The notes under the pieces are model-generated. The model did no database searches. It had not been told where the DNA came from and saw nothing but the letters and a program-made list of their open reading frames with translations. Positions 8,497 through 17,598 of a DNA stretch of 36,045 nt are shown here, piece by piece. Each line of letters opens with the position of its first letter. Positions within the stretch are counted from its first letter, which is position 1. This stretch comes from a virus (taxonomy: Duplodnaviria > Caudoviricetes): positions 1-36,045 of the IMG/VR virus record IMGVR_UViG_3300016659_000147; one strand, written 5' to 3'. The position numbers were made by a program, and so were the translations under genes.

Positions 8497-8684
8497 TCTT
8501 ATGGCGAAATTTGGCAGAAGAGATTTTCTTCTTCCAATATCACATGAGACTGCCAATGGAACAGTCCATGAGATTGCCAATCCATCTTCGTCGCTTTATG
8601 ATTGAAAGATTCATTAAACAAAAAGAAGATGAACGCAAGGCTGCGGAAGCGGAACAGAGAAAGGCAAGAAACAGGAAGCGTTGA
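8445..8684 (+). CDS. gp51-like ORF in the -1 frame, probably expressed by programmed frameshift from the gp26-like gene
   Basis: Frame open 8445-8684 (...LWRNLAEEIFFFQYHMRLPMEQSMRLPIHLRRFMIERFIKQKEDERKAAEAEQRKARNRKR*), bounded 5' by TGA 8442-8444; slippery A AAT TTT / T TTT TTC at 8448-8457; no clear SD-start of its own. Confidence 0.75.
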   Translation, partial: SKFFLPTATEEGEDPSVVLWRNLAEEIFFFQYHMRLPMEQSMRLPIHLRRFMIERFIKQKEDERKAAEAEQRKARNRKR

Positions 8685-8686
8685 TT

Positions 8687-9430
8687 ATGCCAACAAAAGA
8701 AAGATTTCAAAATCCGGTTATTGGCGACACAGTAAACTTGCGGTTGTTTACATATAACAGCAACAACCGCAAGAGTGTCAAAACAATAAATGATGTTAAA
8801 ATCTATACGATTGATGAAAGCCTGCGATCAGTTTCAAACCCAGAAGGTTTAAAACTTGTTCAAACTTTTGCTGGCACTTCCGTTGTTTTAGAGGCAACGG
8901 GTCAGTATCTTCTTCCAGTTTTTCTTGAAGACCTTTTGTATACAATTGGACCTTATTATGACATATGGAATGTAGTTTTTGAAGATGGCGAGACAGCAGT
9001 CGCTCATGTAAGAAATAATTTCCAAGTTTATTCAGACTTATGGTTCACAAGTCCACTACCGCCAATTTATGATTTTAATTTCAACTTCAGACCAAATCGT
9101 TTCCGAAAAGGATCAAAGCGTTATATGCTTGTACAAGTAACGCCGAATGTTCCAAAGGGCTCTGATATACTGCCGTATTACGAAAATCTAGCAATTGTTT
9201 CAGACTTAAGAGTAAGTATAGAACAGGCTTGCGGCGATTGTCTGCCAACTGAACAAGATTTAAGACTGATTGTTGATAGACAACTTGTAGACTATCGTGA
9301 AAAAGGTTACGGATATTATTTTCTAGATACAAACCAATTTGATGAAGGCATTTATAACATTTGGTTTGAAATTCAGCTTGGAGAGAGCACTTTTGTAAGT
9401 GAGAAAAACGCCTTCCAAATCTATAGTTGA
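8687..9430 (+). CDS. Hypothetical, probably a virion structural protein (beta-rich, Ig-like repeats possible)
   Basis: ATG 2 nt after the gp51-like stop; two beta-rich halves (G.YYDIW / GIYNIW). Confidence 0.6.
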   Translation: MPTKERFQNPVIGDTVNLRLFTYNSNNRKSVKTINDVKIYTIDESLRSVSNPEGLKLVQTFAGTSVVLEATGQYLLPVFLEDLLYTIGPYYDIWNVVFEDGETAVAHVRNNFQVYSDLWFTSPLPPIYDFNFNFRPNRFRKGSKRYMLVQVTPNVPKGSDILPYYENLAIVSDLRVSIEQACGDCLPTEQDLRLIVDRQLVDYREKGYGYYFLDTNQFDEGIYNIWFEIQLGESTFVSEKNAFQIYS

Positions 9431-9432
9431 AA

Positions 9433-9461
9433 TTTACAAAACCAACCCTTGATGGTAACAT
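9433..9461 (+). promoter_or_regulatory. Candidate sigma70-type promoter for the MoxR/VWA unit
   Basis: TTTACA-17 nt-TAACAT with a TGn extension, 30 nt upstream of the ATG at 9491. Confidence 0.5.
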
Positions 9462-9490
9462 CTTGAGATACTTCTAAAACGGAGCATCTC

Positions 9491-11146
9491 ATGTCTGTTA
9501 TTCAAGCAAAACTTGACCATTGGATTACAAATAATTTCAATGTTTGCTTTATTGGCAGGCACGGTGTCGGCAAAACCGCTATGGTTAAAGCGGCTTTTGA
9601 CAGACATGGACTGCGTTGGCGATACTTTTCTGCTTCGACAATGGACCCTTGGACAGATTTCGTAGGTGTCCCAAAGGAAAGAACGGAAAATAAACTTCCT
9701 GAATCATTTGAGTTGATTAAAGAATTAACCAAAATCAACCGCTCTCTTGCTTCATCATGGATCATTCAGAATTGGCATTTTTCTCAAGATAAAGCCGATG
9801 AAATTGTTTCTTATATCGTTGAACACAAAGAAGGTGCGACATACCTCGACTTTATCAGACCTCGTTTTTTAGGTGGCGATGAGCGTGGTGTAAACATTCC
9901 CAACGAAGAAGTTGAAGCATTATTTTTTGATGAATATAACAGATCAACCAAAAAAATTAGAAACTCAGTCATGGAGCTTATTCAATTCAAAAGTGTAAAT
10001 GGCTATCGTTTCCCTAATTTAAGAGTCGTTTGGATTGCCATCAATCCTGATGATGAGGAACAGATTCACTACGATGTGGAACAAATGGACGATGCTCAAG
10101 CTGACCGATTTCAAGTGAGAGTTAAAATACCTTATCGACCTGATGTCGAATGGTTCAGGCAACAATATGGGCAACGAATGGCTGATAGTGCCATCAGTTG
10201 GTGGGACGAACTCGACGAAGACAATAAAAGAAAAATTAGTCCAAGAAGGCTTCAATACGCTCTGGATTGCGCCAAGGCAAAAGGTGATTTGCACGATATT
10301 CTGCCACCTTCATCTAATGTGAGCAAATTGATTGCCACTCTCAAGGATGGCCCAATCACCGACAAACTTGAAGAATTGATGCGTTTAAACAATGCGGAAC
10401 AAACAAAGAAATTCTTACAAAACGAAAACAATTGCACTTCTGCTATAAAGTATATTGTTAAGAGCGAAAAACTCATGAATTTCTTTTTGCCTCATGTGCC
10501 GAAAGAAAAAATTATTGCGCTCATGGATTCAGACGAAAAGATTTGTGACTTTGTTGTTTACAATTTAGATAAACATGAAGTATTTAAGTCAGTTTGCAAA
10601 AACATTAAAGAAGCTAATCAAAACGCAAAACTGTTTCGCAAAATAAGAGTTGCGCTTACGGAAGAACAAAAATTGAGCGATGCATTCCATCGTGACGGAA
10701 GTGAACCGTCAAATAAAAGTACACCGGAATTATATTATAATAAAAAGAAAAATGATTCAGCTTATCTTGCTACTTTAAATACATTAAAAAATTATCCTTT
10801 ACATACAGAAACGCAAAGGATGTATATCTACAACGAAATTAAATCGGAAATACCACAAAGTCTTAGCAGAGAGTCGGCAATTGAAACTCTTAATCTTCTC
10901 ACCGATATATTTACAAAGATAGATGATATTAAGGATGAAAAAGAAAAATCAAAATGGGATTTTACAAGTATTGTAACACAACCTCAATTTTCTAAGTTAA
11001 TTGGCATCGTCAACACTTGCCTTTCATCGCTCAAAGAAGATAAAAATATGAATTTAAAAGAACTGATATACTCTTTGGAAAAATCTAAATCATTTTTTGT
11101 AAAACTTGCGAACGCTGGTCTGCTTTCTAAGTTGATTATGGAATGA
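9491..11146 (+). CDS. MoxR-like AAA+ ATPase
   Basis: Walker A GRHGVGKT, Walker B FFDEYNR, AINP sensor, D.AQADRF arginine finger, SPRR. Confidence 0.88.
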   Translation: MSVIQAKLDHWITNNFNVCFIGRHGVGKTAMVKAAFDRHGLRWRYFSASTMDPWTDFVGVPKERTENKLPESFELIKELTKINRSLASSWIIQNWHFSQDKADEIVSYIVEHKEGATYLDFIRPRFLGGDERGVNIPNEEVEALFFDEYNRSTKKIRNSVMELIQFKSVNGYRFPNLRVVWIAINPDDEEQIHYDVEQMDDAQADRFQVRVKIPYRPDVEWFRQQYGQRMADSAISWWDELDEDNKRKISPRRLQYALDCAKAKGDLHDILPPSSNVSKLIATLKDGPITDKLEELMRLNNAEQTKKFLQNENNCTSAIKYIVKSEKLMNFFLPHVPKEKIIALMDSDEKICDFVVYNLDKHEVFKSVCKNIKEANQNAKLFRKIRVALTEEQKLSDAFHRDGSEPSNKSTPELYYNKKKNDSAYLATLNTLKNYPLHTETQRMYIYNEIKSEIPQSLSRESAIETLNLLTDIFTKIDDIKDEKEKSKWDFTSIVTQPQFSKLIGIVNTCLSSLKEDKNMNLKELIYSLEKSKSFFVKLANAGLLSKLIME

Positions 11147-12426
11147 CTATGCAAACAAAAAGTATAAGTAATGAAGAGTGGATGGAAATCAGCCACGGTC
11201 TGGAGCCATTCCATGCCGTCTTTTATCAAGTCTGGCAAATGGGCAAACCAATTTTTGATGAGACTATTGAAACAGCCTGTGTGCAATTTGATCAACAGGG
11301 TAATTTCATATGGTTCCGATTCAATCCTGAATTTTGGTCAAAATTAGATTTTACAAACAAGCTTTTTGTAATTTCACATGAAGCTTTGCACATTGTGCTA
11401 AATCATGGTTCTAGAGCAAAAGATGCTGGGGTTAATAGCCGAGCAGCTAATGTTGCTATGGACATAGTAATCAATCATATTTTAACAAGAAGCTTTGGTT
11501 TCAATAGAGAAAATTTAGTTGAGGAAGCAGCCTGTTGGGTTGACACGGTATTTAAAGACCGTGATCCTTTGCCTCCTGATGATGATTGTTTTGAATACTA
11601 CTATACACTTTTTGAAAAAGTCCACGCTGACGGCTTTAGTGGTGATTCAGAATGTCCTTCGACTCTTGATGATCATGAAGGTTTTTCTTCAAGCGACTTT
11701 GGTAAAGTTATTGACGCTCTAAACCAAACGATGACACAAGAAGAAAAAGAAAGTTTAAAAAGCACTATTCAAAAGCATTTTCAAAAAGAAGACAAAGAAG
11801 GTGTCGGAGAAAATCCAAGTCCAATAGGTACTGGCACATGGACATTTGCAAAGATCGATAAAGTCAAAAAAAATAGGAAATGGGAAAGTGTAATTCAAAA
11901 ATGGAGTAGAAAATATTTCATTGAGGACGATTTTGAAATACAACAATGGACAAAAACAAATCGTCGTATGGTATTACTTCCAAAAGATTTAATGTTGCCA
12001 ACTGATATAGATGTAGATGACCTTCATCATGATAAAAACAAAATAGATGTTTGGTTCTTTTTGGATACAAGCGGCTCATGCTATCATCTAAAAGACAGAT
12101 TTTTTGCTGCTGCTGCTTCGTTGCCAGAAAATAGATTCAATATTCGTTTATTTTGTTTTGATACATCAGTTCAAGAAACCGACTTAATCAGTAAAAAAAT
12201 TTACGGCGGTGGCGGCACTTCTTTCAAAATTCTTGAACAACATATACAAAATGAGATCAATTCAAAAAATTGCAAGTACCCCGAGGTATTTGTTATTTCA
12301 GATGGATGGGGAGATTATGTAAATCCACAATTTCCTGCTAAATGGCATTGGTTTCTAACAGAGAATGGTTCAAAAACCCATCTGCCAAAAAAGTCAAACA
12401 TATATGAATTAAAGGATTATTCCTGA
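11143..12426 (+). CDS. Metallopeptidase (HExxH) + VWA domain protein (DUF2201-like), MoxR partner
   Basis: HEALH, AANVAMDIVIN, LDDH, MIDAS DTSGS, GGGGTSF, ISDG; overlaps the MoxR stop (ATGA). Confidence 0.88.
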   Translation: MTMQTKSISNEEWMEISHGLEPFHAVFYQVWQMGKPIFDETIETACVQFDQQGNFIWFRFNPEFWSKLDFTNKLFVISHEALHIVLNHGSRAKDAGVNSRAANVAMDIVINHILTRSFGFNRENLVEEAACWVDTVFKDRDPLPPDDDCFEYYYTLFEKVHADGFSGDSECPSTLDDHEGFSSSDFGKVIDALNQTMTQEEKESLKSTIQKHFQKEDKEGVGENPSPIGTGTWTFAKIDKVKKNRKWESVIQKWSRKYFIEDDFEIQQWTKTNRRMVLLPKDLMLPTDIDVDDLHHDKNKIDVWFFLDTSGSCYHLKDRFFAAAASLPENRFNIRLFCFDTSVQETDLISKKIYGGGGTSFKILEQHIQNEINSKNCKYPEVFVISDGWGDYVNPQFPAKWHWFLTENGSKTHLPKKSNIYELKDYS

Positions 12427-12992
12427 CTTTCATTTATGGATTGCACATTATCTAAAAAAAACTCATCAGGCAATTTAAGCAAATGTTCTAAAGCTAAAGC
12501 AGTCCATCTTCCATATTTCATGGAATATTTAAAATCATGCCCTTCTAGTTCTTCTGTGTGGACAAAAGATAGCCAAGGTTTCCTAGTTTTTTTCCAACAA
12601 AGCATGGGTTTACGACCGCATCGTTTGCTATCGCTTGTAGCTTGCTCTAAAAACCCATCTAATTCGCTGTTTCCTCGTACAAAAATAGAACTCATGTCTA
12701 TTCCGTCGTACCCACCTTTGCTTTCAATCACAAATTTAAAACCTTTGGGAACAACTAAATCACCACTAAAAACTTCAGCAGCGTGTTTTGGCAAATATGC
12801 TTGACTCCATCTATTTCCACTACCAACAGAACGACTAAAGCCTTTGCCAAATCTTTCAGTCAAAATTTTTGTCAAATCTAGTTCGGTTCGACTGCCTTTT
12901 TTCTTACCGTTGACTTTCTTTTTAGCTGGACCTTTAAGTAAACTATCGTCCTGCAAAAAATCATCATATTCTTCAAATTCATGTTTTGCCAT
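12417..12992 (-). CDS. Holliday junction resolvase-like PD-(D/E)xK nuclease
   Basis: KGSRTELDL...SRSVGSG...GDL...VIESKGGY Hjc-type motif order. Confidence 0.8.
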   Translation of the reverse strand: MAKHEFEEYDDFLQDDSLLKGPAKKKVNGKKKGSRTELDLTKILTERFGKGFSRSVGSGNRWSQAYLPKHAAEVFSGDLVVPKGFKFVIESKGGYDGIDMSSIFVRGNSELDGFLEQATSDSKRCGRKPMLCWKKTRKPWLSFVHTEELEGHDFKYSMKYGRWTALALEHLLKLPDEFFLDNVQSINESQE

Positions 12993-13007
12993 AAACTATA
13001 GTAGTAA

Positions 13008-14147
13008 TTATCTATTGATTATAGAACTTATTGACTCCAGTTCTCTTTTCTTAATTTCAAGATCAGATAAAAGCTCATCAAATTCTACTTTGCTTATAGA
13101 TTGTTCTTGAACCAGTTGTTCGGCATATTGTTTGATATTATTGACAACATCTATTATTTCATTACATTTTTTTTCGACATTATCAAGTTTGATGTCTTTT
13201 TCCAAAATTTTAAATTTATTTTCTTTTCTTTTTGATTTGTTTTCATCTTCATCATCAAGGTCAGTAATAACATTAAATGTTGGTTCATATATTTTAATTG
13301 GCTTTCTATTACCATCAAAAGTCCAAGGTTGAGAATTATTTTTTGACACATCGAATCTAGAAATCGAATACTGTCCTTCTTCGTTGTTTCTAAAATACCA
13401 CACTTGATTAAACGGCAATTCAATTAACTTTTGACTTTTGATTGAATTTTTAAAATTACCACATTCATGAACAGCTTCTTCCCAAATTGATGGTTCTGAG
13501 AAAAAGAATATTTGACCCAATAATTCTCTCAAATCAGCAATCCACAAAGGACGAAATTGATTGCGAAACAACCAAAGCATCCTATCACCTGAAACGCCGC
13601 GCTCTCCCAATGCAACAGCCATATGTCCTTCGTTGATTAGGCTGAAAACATCACGAATGCCAGCCAAACGATGTGGATATAACTCTCTGTTTAAATCAAT
13701 TGTGTTATCTGGGTTTTCAATAATTCTCAACAGAATTTCTGAATCGCAATTTGATTTTACTTCATATTTTTCTTTTAGGGCTTGATATTCAACATCATCA
13801 ACTCGACCGTTGTGAACAAGGCTTAATGATTTGTCTGAATTCGTAAAAGGATGATTATTCGCATTTACTGCTGGTTCTCCTACGCCTTTAGATGCACCTC
13901 TGGCATGAACCAATAGCAAATTCAAATCATGGCGACCAAGGTTTTTCCAAATATCTTTTTTTACAAATAAATTTGAACGGATTGGTTCTTTATGAAAGAC
14001 TACTGAACCATCAACGCCTTTTTCGGTCCCCCAGAAACCGCTGGCGTCTATTCCCCTTGTTTCGCTTTTTTCAAATAGCTTTGAAATGAGTTGAAAACTT
14101 TGTGCAGGCTTTTTTGATTCACCTATAAATCCGCTGATGCCACAAAT
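13008..14147 (-). CDS. Class II (Ntn) glutamine amidotransferase with C-terminal coiled coil; predicted ATT start
   Basis: Frame is open upstream of the track start (13925) to ATT-TGT-GGC-ATC = (M)CGISG; RGIDASG, HARGAS.G, NNHPF, VHNG and CDSE motifs; SD GGAGG 6 nt before the ATT. Confidence 0.85.
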   Translation of the reverse strand: MCGISGFIGESKKPAQSFQLISKLFEKSETRGIDASGFWGTEKGVDGSVVFHKEPIRSNLFVKKDIWKNLGRHDLNLLLVHARGASKGVGEPAVNANNHPFTNSDKSLSLVHNGRVDDVEYQALKEKYEVKSNCDSEILLRIIENPDNTIDLNRELYPHRLAGIRDVFSLINEGHMAVALGERGVSGDRMLWLFRNQFRPLWIADLRELLGQIFFFSEPSIWEEAVHECGNFKNSIKSQKLIELPFNQVWYFRNNEEGQYSISRFDVSKNNSQPWTFDGNRKPIKIYEPTFNVITDLDDEDENKSKRKENKFKILEKDIKLDNVEKKCNEIIDVVNNIKQYAEQLVQEQSISKVEFDELLSDLEIKKRELESISSIINR

Positions 14148-14161
14148 GGCACACCTCCGTC

Positions 14162-14752
14162 TTAAAATGCATCCAATCCACCTGTGGTTCCGCCTAAAGG
14201 TGGCGCTGCCAAATCCTGTCCAGTACCTCCAGTTGGAGGAGTTCCTTCTGGCGCAGTTTCCATAGTCTCCGGTTGAGCAGGAGCACTATTTGGAGCTTTT
14301 TGTTCACCGGATTCAGGTGGTGGCGGTTGATTCTGTTTTTGTTTTGTCTGTGTAGCAGAAGTTCCTTTGTCATCTTCAGATGAGTCTTTTGCAGGTTCCG
14401 TAGGCACCAGTCTGTTTACAGGCATACCCAAGTCGCCAACAAGTTTTTCCATATTGGTAGATACAGATGAAATAACTGAAGATAGATCACCTTTTTCATC
14501 CATGCACTTCATTATGGATACTGCCATTTTTTGTAAAGATTTAAGATGTTTTTCTTGTTCTTTTGGCCAACTGCTATGCAAAATATTCCTAATGTGAACT
14601 ACAATTTCGTTTGAAAAAGCATTTAAATTTTTTGATCCCATAGTTTTGGCATCGTTTTTTAAATCCTGCACGGCAGACAAAATATTGCCCACTTTTTGAG
14701 CCAAATATGCCTGCTGTTCATTAAGTAAAAAATCTTTAAATGTAAGACTCAT
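14162..14752 (-). CDS. Hypothetical protein, possible internal head protein
   Basis: N-terminus MSLTFKDFLLNE resembles T4-type capsid-targeting/cleavage leaders; P/G-rich disordered C-terminus. Confidence 0.65.
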   Translation of the reverse strand: MSLTFKDFLLNEQQAYLAQKVGNILSAVQDLKNDAKTMGSKNLNAFSNEIVVHIRNILHSSWPKEQEKHLKSLQKMAVSIMKCMDEKGDLSSVISSVSTNMEKLVGDLGMPVNRLVPTEPAKDSSEDDKGTSATQTKQKQNQPPPPESGEQKAPNSAPAQPETMETAPEGTPPTGGTGQDLAAPPLGGTTGGLDAF

Positions 14753-16392
14753 GCTTTATCTATAGTTGAGTTTAATGTTTTATTTTGCAAAGAAGCTGCA
14801 ATCAAACCAGTAAATAATGGACTGGCAGACTGTAATTTTGACTTAAATTCAGGATGAGCTTGTGTGCCTATAAAATAGGGATGTATTGATTTATCCAACT
14901 CCATAATTTCAACAAGTCCACTAGTCGTACTCACGCCTGAAACTCTAAATCCTTTCTTTGCATATTGATCAAGGTATTCTGGATTTACCTCATATCGATG
15001 CCTGTGCCTTTCATGAATAATCTTGTTGCCATAAAGTTGAATCGCCAAACTGTCCTTGTTTAATTCGCATTCATATGCGCCAAGACGCATAGTCGCTGAT
15101 TTCTTTAGCAAACTTTCTTGCCCTTCAATAAAATGAACCACAGGATGCGATGTGCTGTTATCAAATTCCAAGCTATTAGCATCAGTCATGCCGCAAGCAT
15201 TACGAGCAAATTCGACTACAGCCATCTGCAAACCTAAACAAATACCTAAAAATGGGATTTTCTTTTCTCGGCAATATTGAATTGCCTTGATTTTACCTTC
15301 GGTCCCTCGGTTATCAAAACCGCCGGGAACAATGACGCCGTCCAATCCTTCAAAATATTTGTGAAGACCACGATTATCTTTGTATTTTTCAAGCTCTTCG
15401 GCTTTGATCCAACGAACATTGACCTTAGCATTATTGGCAACGCCGCCATGCATAAGAGCTTCTTTTAAACTCATGTAGGCTTCATCGCAATTGTCATACT
15501 TTCCAAAAACACCAATTTCAACTGCTGGAGATTGATTTCCAATGTATTTTTCTACAACTTCACGGTACTTGTGAATCCTACAAGCACTACGACTTAATCT
15601 AAATAAATCAACAAAAAGATCGTCTACATGACGATTGTAAAATTCTAGAGGCACTTGATAGATGCTTTGGACATCAGGTGCTTCAAAAATACATTCCCTT
15701 TTTACATTTGTAAGTTGGCTTACTTTGTTTAAGATTTTTTCTGGTACATGCCGATCTACACGACAGAATATGGCATCAGGTTGCAGTCCATGACGCTGCA
15801 ATTCCTTAACAGCATTTTGCAAGGGTTTAGACTTGAATTCCTTGATGGTGTTCACCCACAGAATTGGGGCGACCATAACGATTAGAACATCGTCTTTAAG
15901 TTTTTGTTTAAATTGGCGCATTGCCTCAAAAAACGCATAACTCTCGCTATCACCAACTGTTCCACCAATTTCAGCAATTACCACATCTTTGTCTTTTCCA
16001 AGCTCTAAAAGCCTATCGTGAACTTTGTCTGTGATGTGAGGAGATAATTGAATTGTTTGACCAAGATACTTTCCAGCTTCTTGTTCTTCAATCAATTCTT
16101 TATAAAGAGTTCCGCTGGTGCAAATATTTGATTTGGACATATTGATCCCGGCAATTCTTTCGTAATGGCCAAGATCAAGGTCTGTTTCGGTTCCGTCATC
16201 GCAAAGGAAACATTCGCCGTGTTCCCTTGGAGCTAAAATACCGGCATTTGTATTCAGATATGGATCAAATTTAATAAGATCAACTCGGTGACCACGAAAT
16301 TTGAGCAATAAGCCAATGCTTGCGGCAGACACGCCTTTTCCGGTTCCGCTGATGACTCCCCCGACAACGATAATAAATTTACAAGACATCAC
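14749..16392 (-). CDS. pyrG: CTP synthase
   Basis: GGVISGTGKG, KFDPYLN, ETDLDLGHYER, GICLG (catalytic Cys), RHRHRYE, QAHPEF. Confidence 0.97.
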   Translation of the reverse strand: MMSCKFIIVVGGVISGTGKGVSAASIGLLLKFRGHRVDLIKFDPYLNTNAGILAPREHGECFLCDDGTETDLDLGHYERIAGINMSKSNICTSGTLYKELIEEQEAGKYLGQTIQLSPHITDKVHDRLLELGKDKDVVIAEIGGTVGDSESYAFFEAMRQFKQKLKDDVLIVMVAPILWVNTIKEFKSKPLQNAVKELQRHGLQPDAIFCRVDRHVPEKILNKVSQLTNVKRECIFEAPDVQSIYQVPLEFYNRHVDDLFVDLFRLSRSACRIHKYREVVEKYIGNQSPAVEIGVFGKYDNCDEAYMSLKEALMHGGVANNAKVNVRWIKAEELEKYKDNRGLHKYFEGLDGVIVPGGFDNRGTEGKIKAIQYCREKKIPFLGICLGLQMAVVEFARNACGMTDANSLEFDNSTSHPVVHFIEGQESLLKKSATMRLGAYECELNKDSLAIQLYGNKIIHERHRHRYEVNPEYLDQYAKKGFRVSGVSTTSGLVEIMELDKSIHPYFIGTQAHPEFKSKLQSASPLFTGLIAASLQNKTLNSTIDKA

Positions 16393-16491
16393 TTTACCTC
16401 TGACTCTAAAAAAGTAGCATTACAATAACAAAAAAATTCTACCATTCAAGACAAAATAAACATTATTTAATATACAAATCTAAATATTTTT

Positions 16492-17598
16492 ATGATAACA
16501 TCAAAAGAATTTCTTGAGAAAGCTATCAGCATTTCTGGATACCTCAAAGAAAATCAAGGAATATTATATGCAAATTACACTTTGCCGGGCATGGAAAATT
16601 GCAAAGGACTGTGGGACATTTATGAGCGTATAAAAAGACTAAAGTTGGATGTCGATTTACATGGAAAAGAAATTTTGGAAATCGGCAGCAACACAGGAGC
16701 CATGTCATTTGCTCTTGCCCAAAGAGGAGCAAATATTACTGGGATTGAGATCAATAAAGAACGAGTTGATTTATGCAATAAAATTGCTCATCATTACAAT
16801 TTAAACTGTTCATTTGAAAATATAGATGTGGAAAATTTACCTGACCATATATTGGATAAAAAGTATGATATTGTTTTATGTACTAGAATTGATGCCTACA
16901 TAAAAAGTTTAAGTTTATTGTTTCAGAATTTGAGCATAATGACAAAAGACCTATGTGTTTATGAATCAAATAGAATAGATGAGAATCAGGATTTAATTAA
17001 AGATATGTTAAAGTATTATTTTCATTCAATTAAAACAATAGAAAATATAAAATTTAAAACAGGAGTTGTTTCTAATATTTACAAACTTGAAAGACCAATA
17101 TCGCCATACTGCTGGCACAAAAAATCATATAAATTAAATGATTTTTGGGTCAAAGAAACATCTCAAAAAAATTGGTTGAGAGTAAAAAATATTTTTGCAT
17201 CTTTGCCACCATGCAAATATATTCCAGAAATTAAATTTTCAGAACCAAATTTAATCTTAACCAAGGATATCAAAGAAAATAATTTTTATGAAAAAATGAA
17301 ATCATCATACAGGTTACAAATTATTGATTTTTTAAAATTTATGTTTGAAAACAAGGTTTGCCACCGTGATCTGCATTGGGGAAATTTTATTTTTGACGAA
17401 AATCAAATTTGGTTTATAGATTGGGAACTATTACACCATTGCAATATAGAAAATATAGAAGATCATTATGACATATCAGGCAAAAATCAAATAACACCAC
17501 AAGGATTTGATGAACCCAGAACTATATTTACAAAAATAAATAATCAAAAAAGCATAGCAGAATATTTTGACATAAAAATAAAAGATATAAAAAAATAA
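16492..17598 (+). CDS. Class I SAM methyltransferase fused to a kinase-like (APH/PKL) domain
   Basis: ILEIGSNTG motif I with acidic GIE; C-terminal HRDLHWGN catalytic loop and FIDWE; very AT-rich. Confidence 0.75.
   Translation: MITSKEFLEKAISISGYLKENQGILYANYTLPGMENCKGLWDIYERIKRLKLDVDLHGKEILEIGSNTGAMSFALAQRGANITGIEINKERVDLCNKIAHHYNLNCSFENIDVENLPDHILDKKYDIVLCTRIDAYIKSLSLLFQNLSIMTKDLCVYESNRIDENQDLIKDMLKYYFHSIKTIENIKFKTGVVSNIYKLERPISPYCWHKKSYKLNDFWVKETSQKNWLRVKNIFASLPPCKYIPEIKFSEPNLILTKDIKENNFYEKMKSSYRLQIIDFLKFMFENKVCHRDLHWGNFIFDENQIWFIDWELLHHCNIENIEDHYDISGKNQITPQGFDEPRTIFTKINNQKSIAEYFDIKIKDIKK

Noticed and set aside
8494-8547. TAG read-through or alternative genetic code
   Set aside because: Read-through hits TGA after 16 codons, and genes throughout the window are intact and tightly packed under the standard code with all three stops used.
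8267-8605. 112-aa + strand ORF as the downstream partner of the gp26-like gene
   Set aside because: It is in the +1 frame, mostly overlaps the real gene and has no protein-like motifs. The -1 frame holds the gp51-like sequence.
13008-13925. Track start (TTG 13925) for the amidotransferase
   Set aside because: It would omit the catalytic N-terminal Cys and the RG.D motif found in frame upstream.
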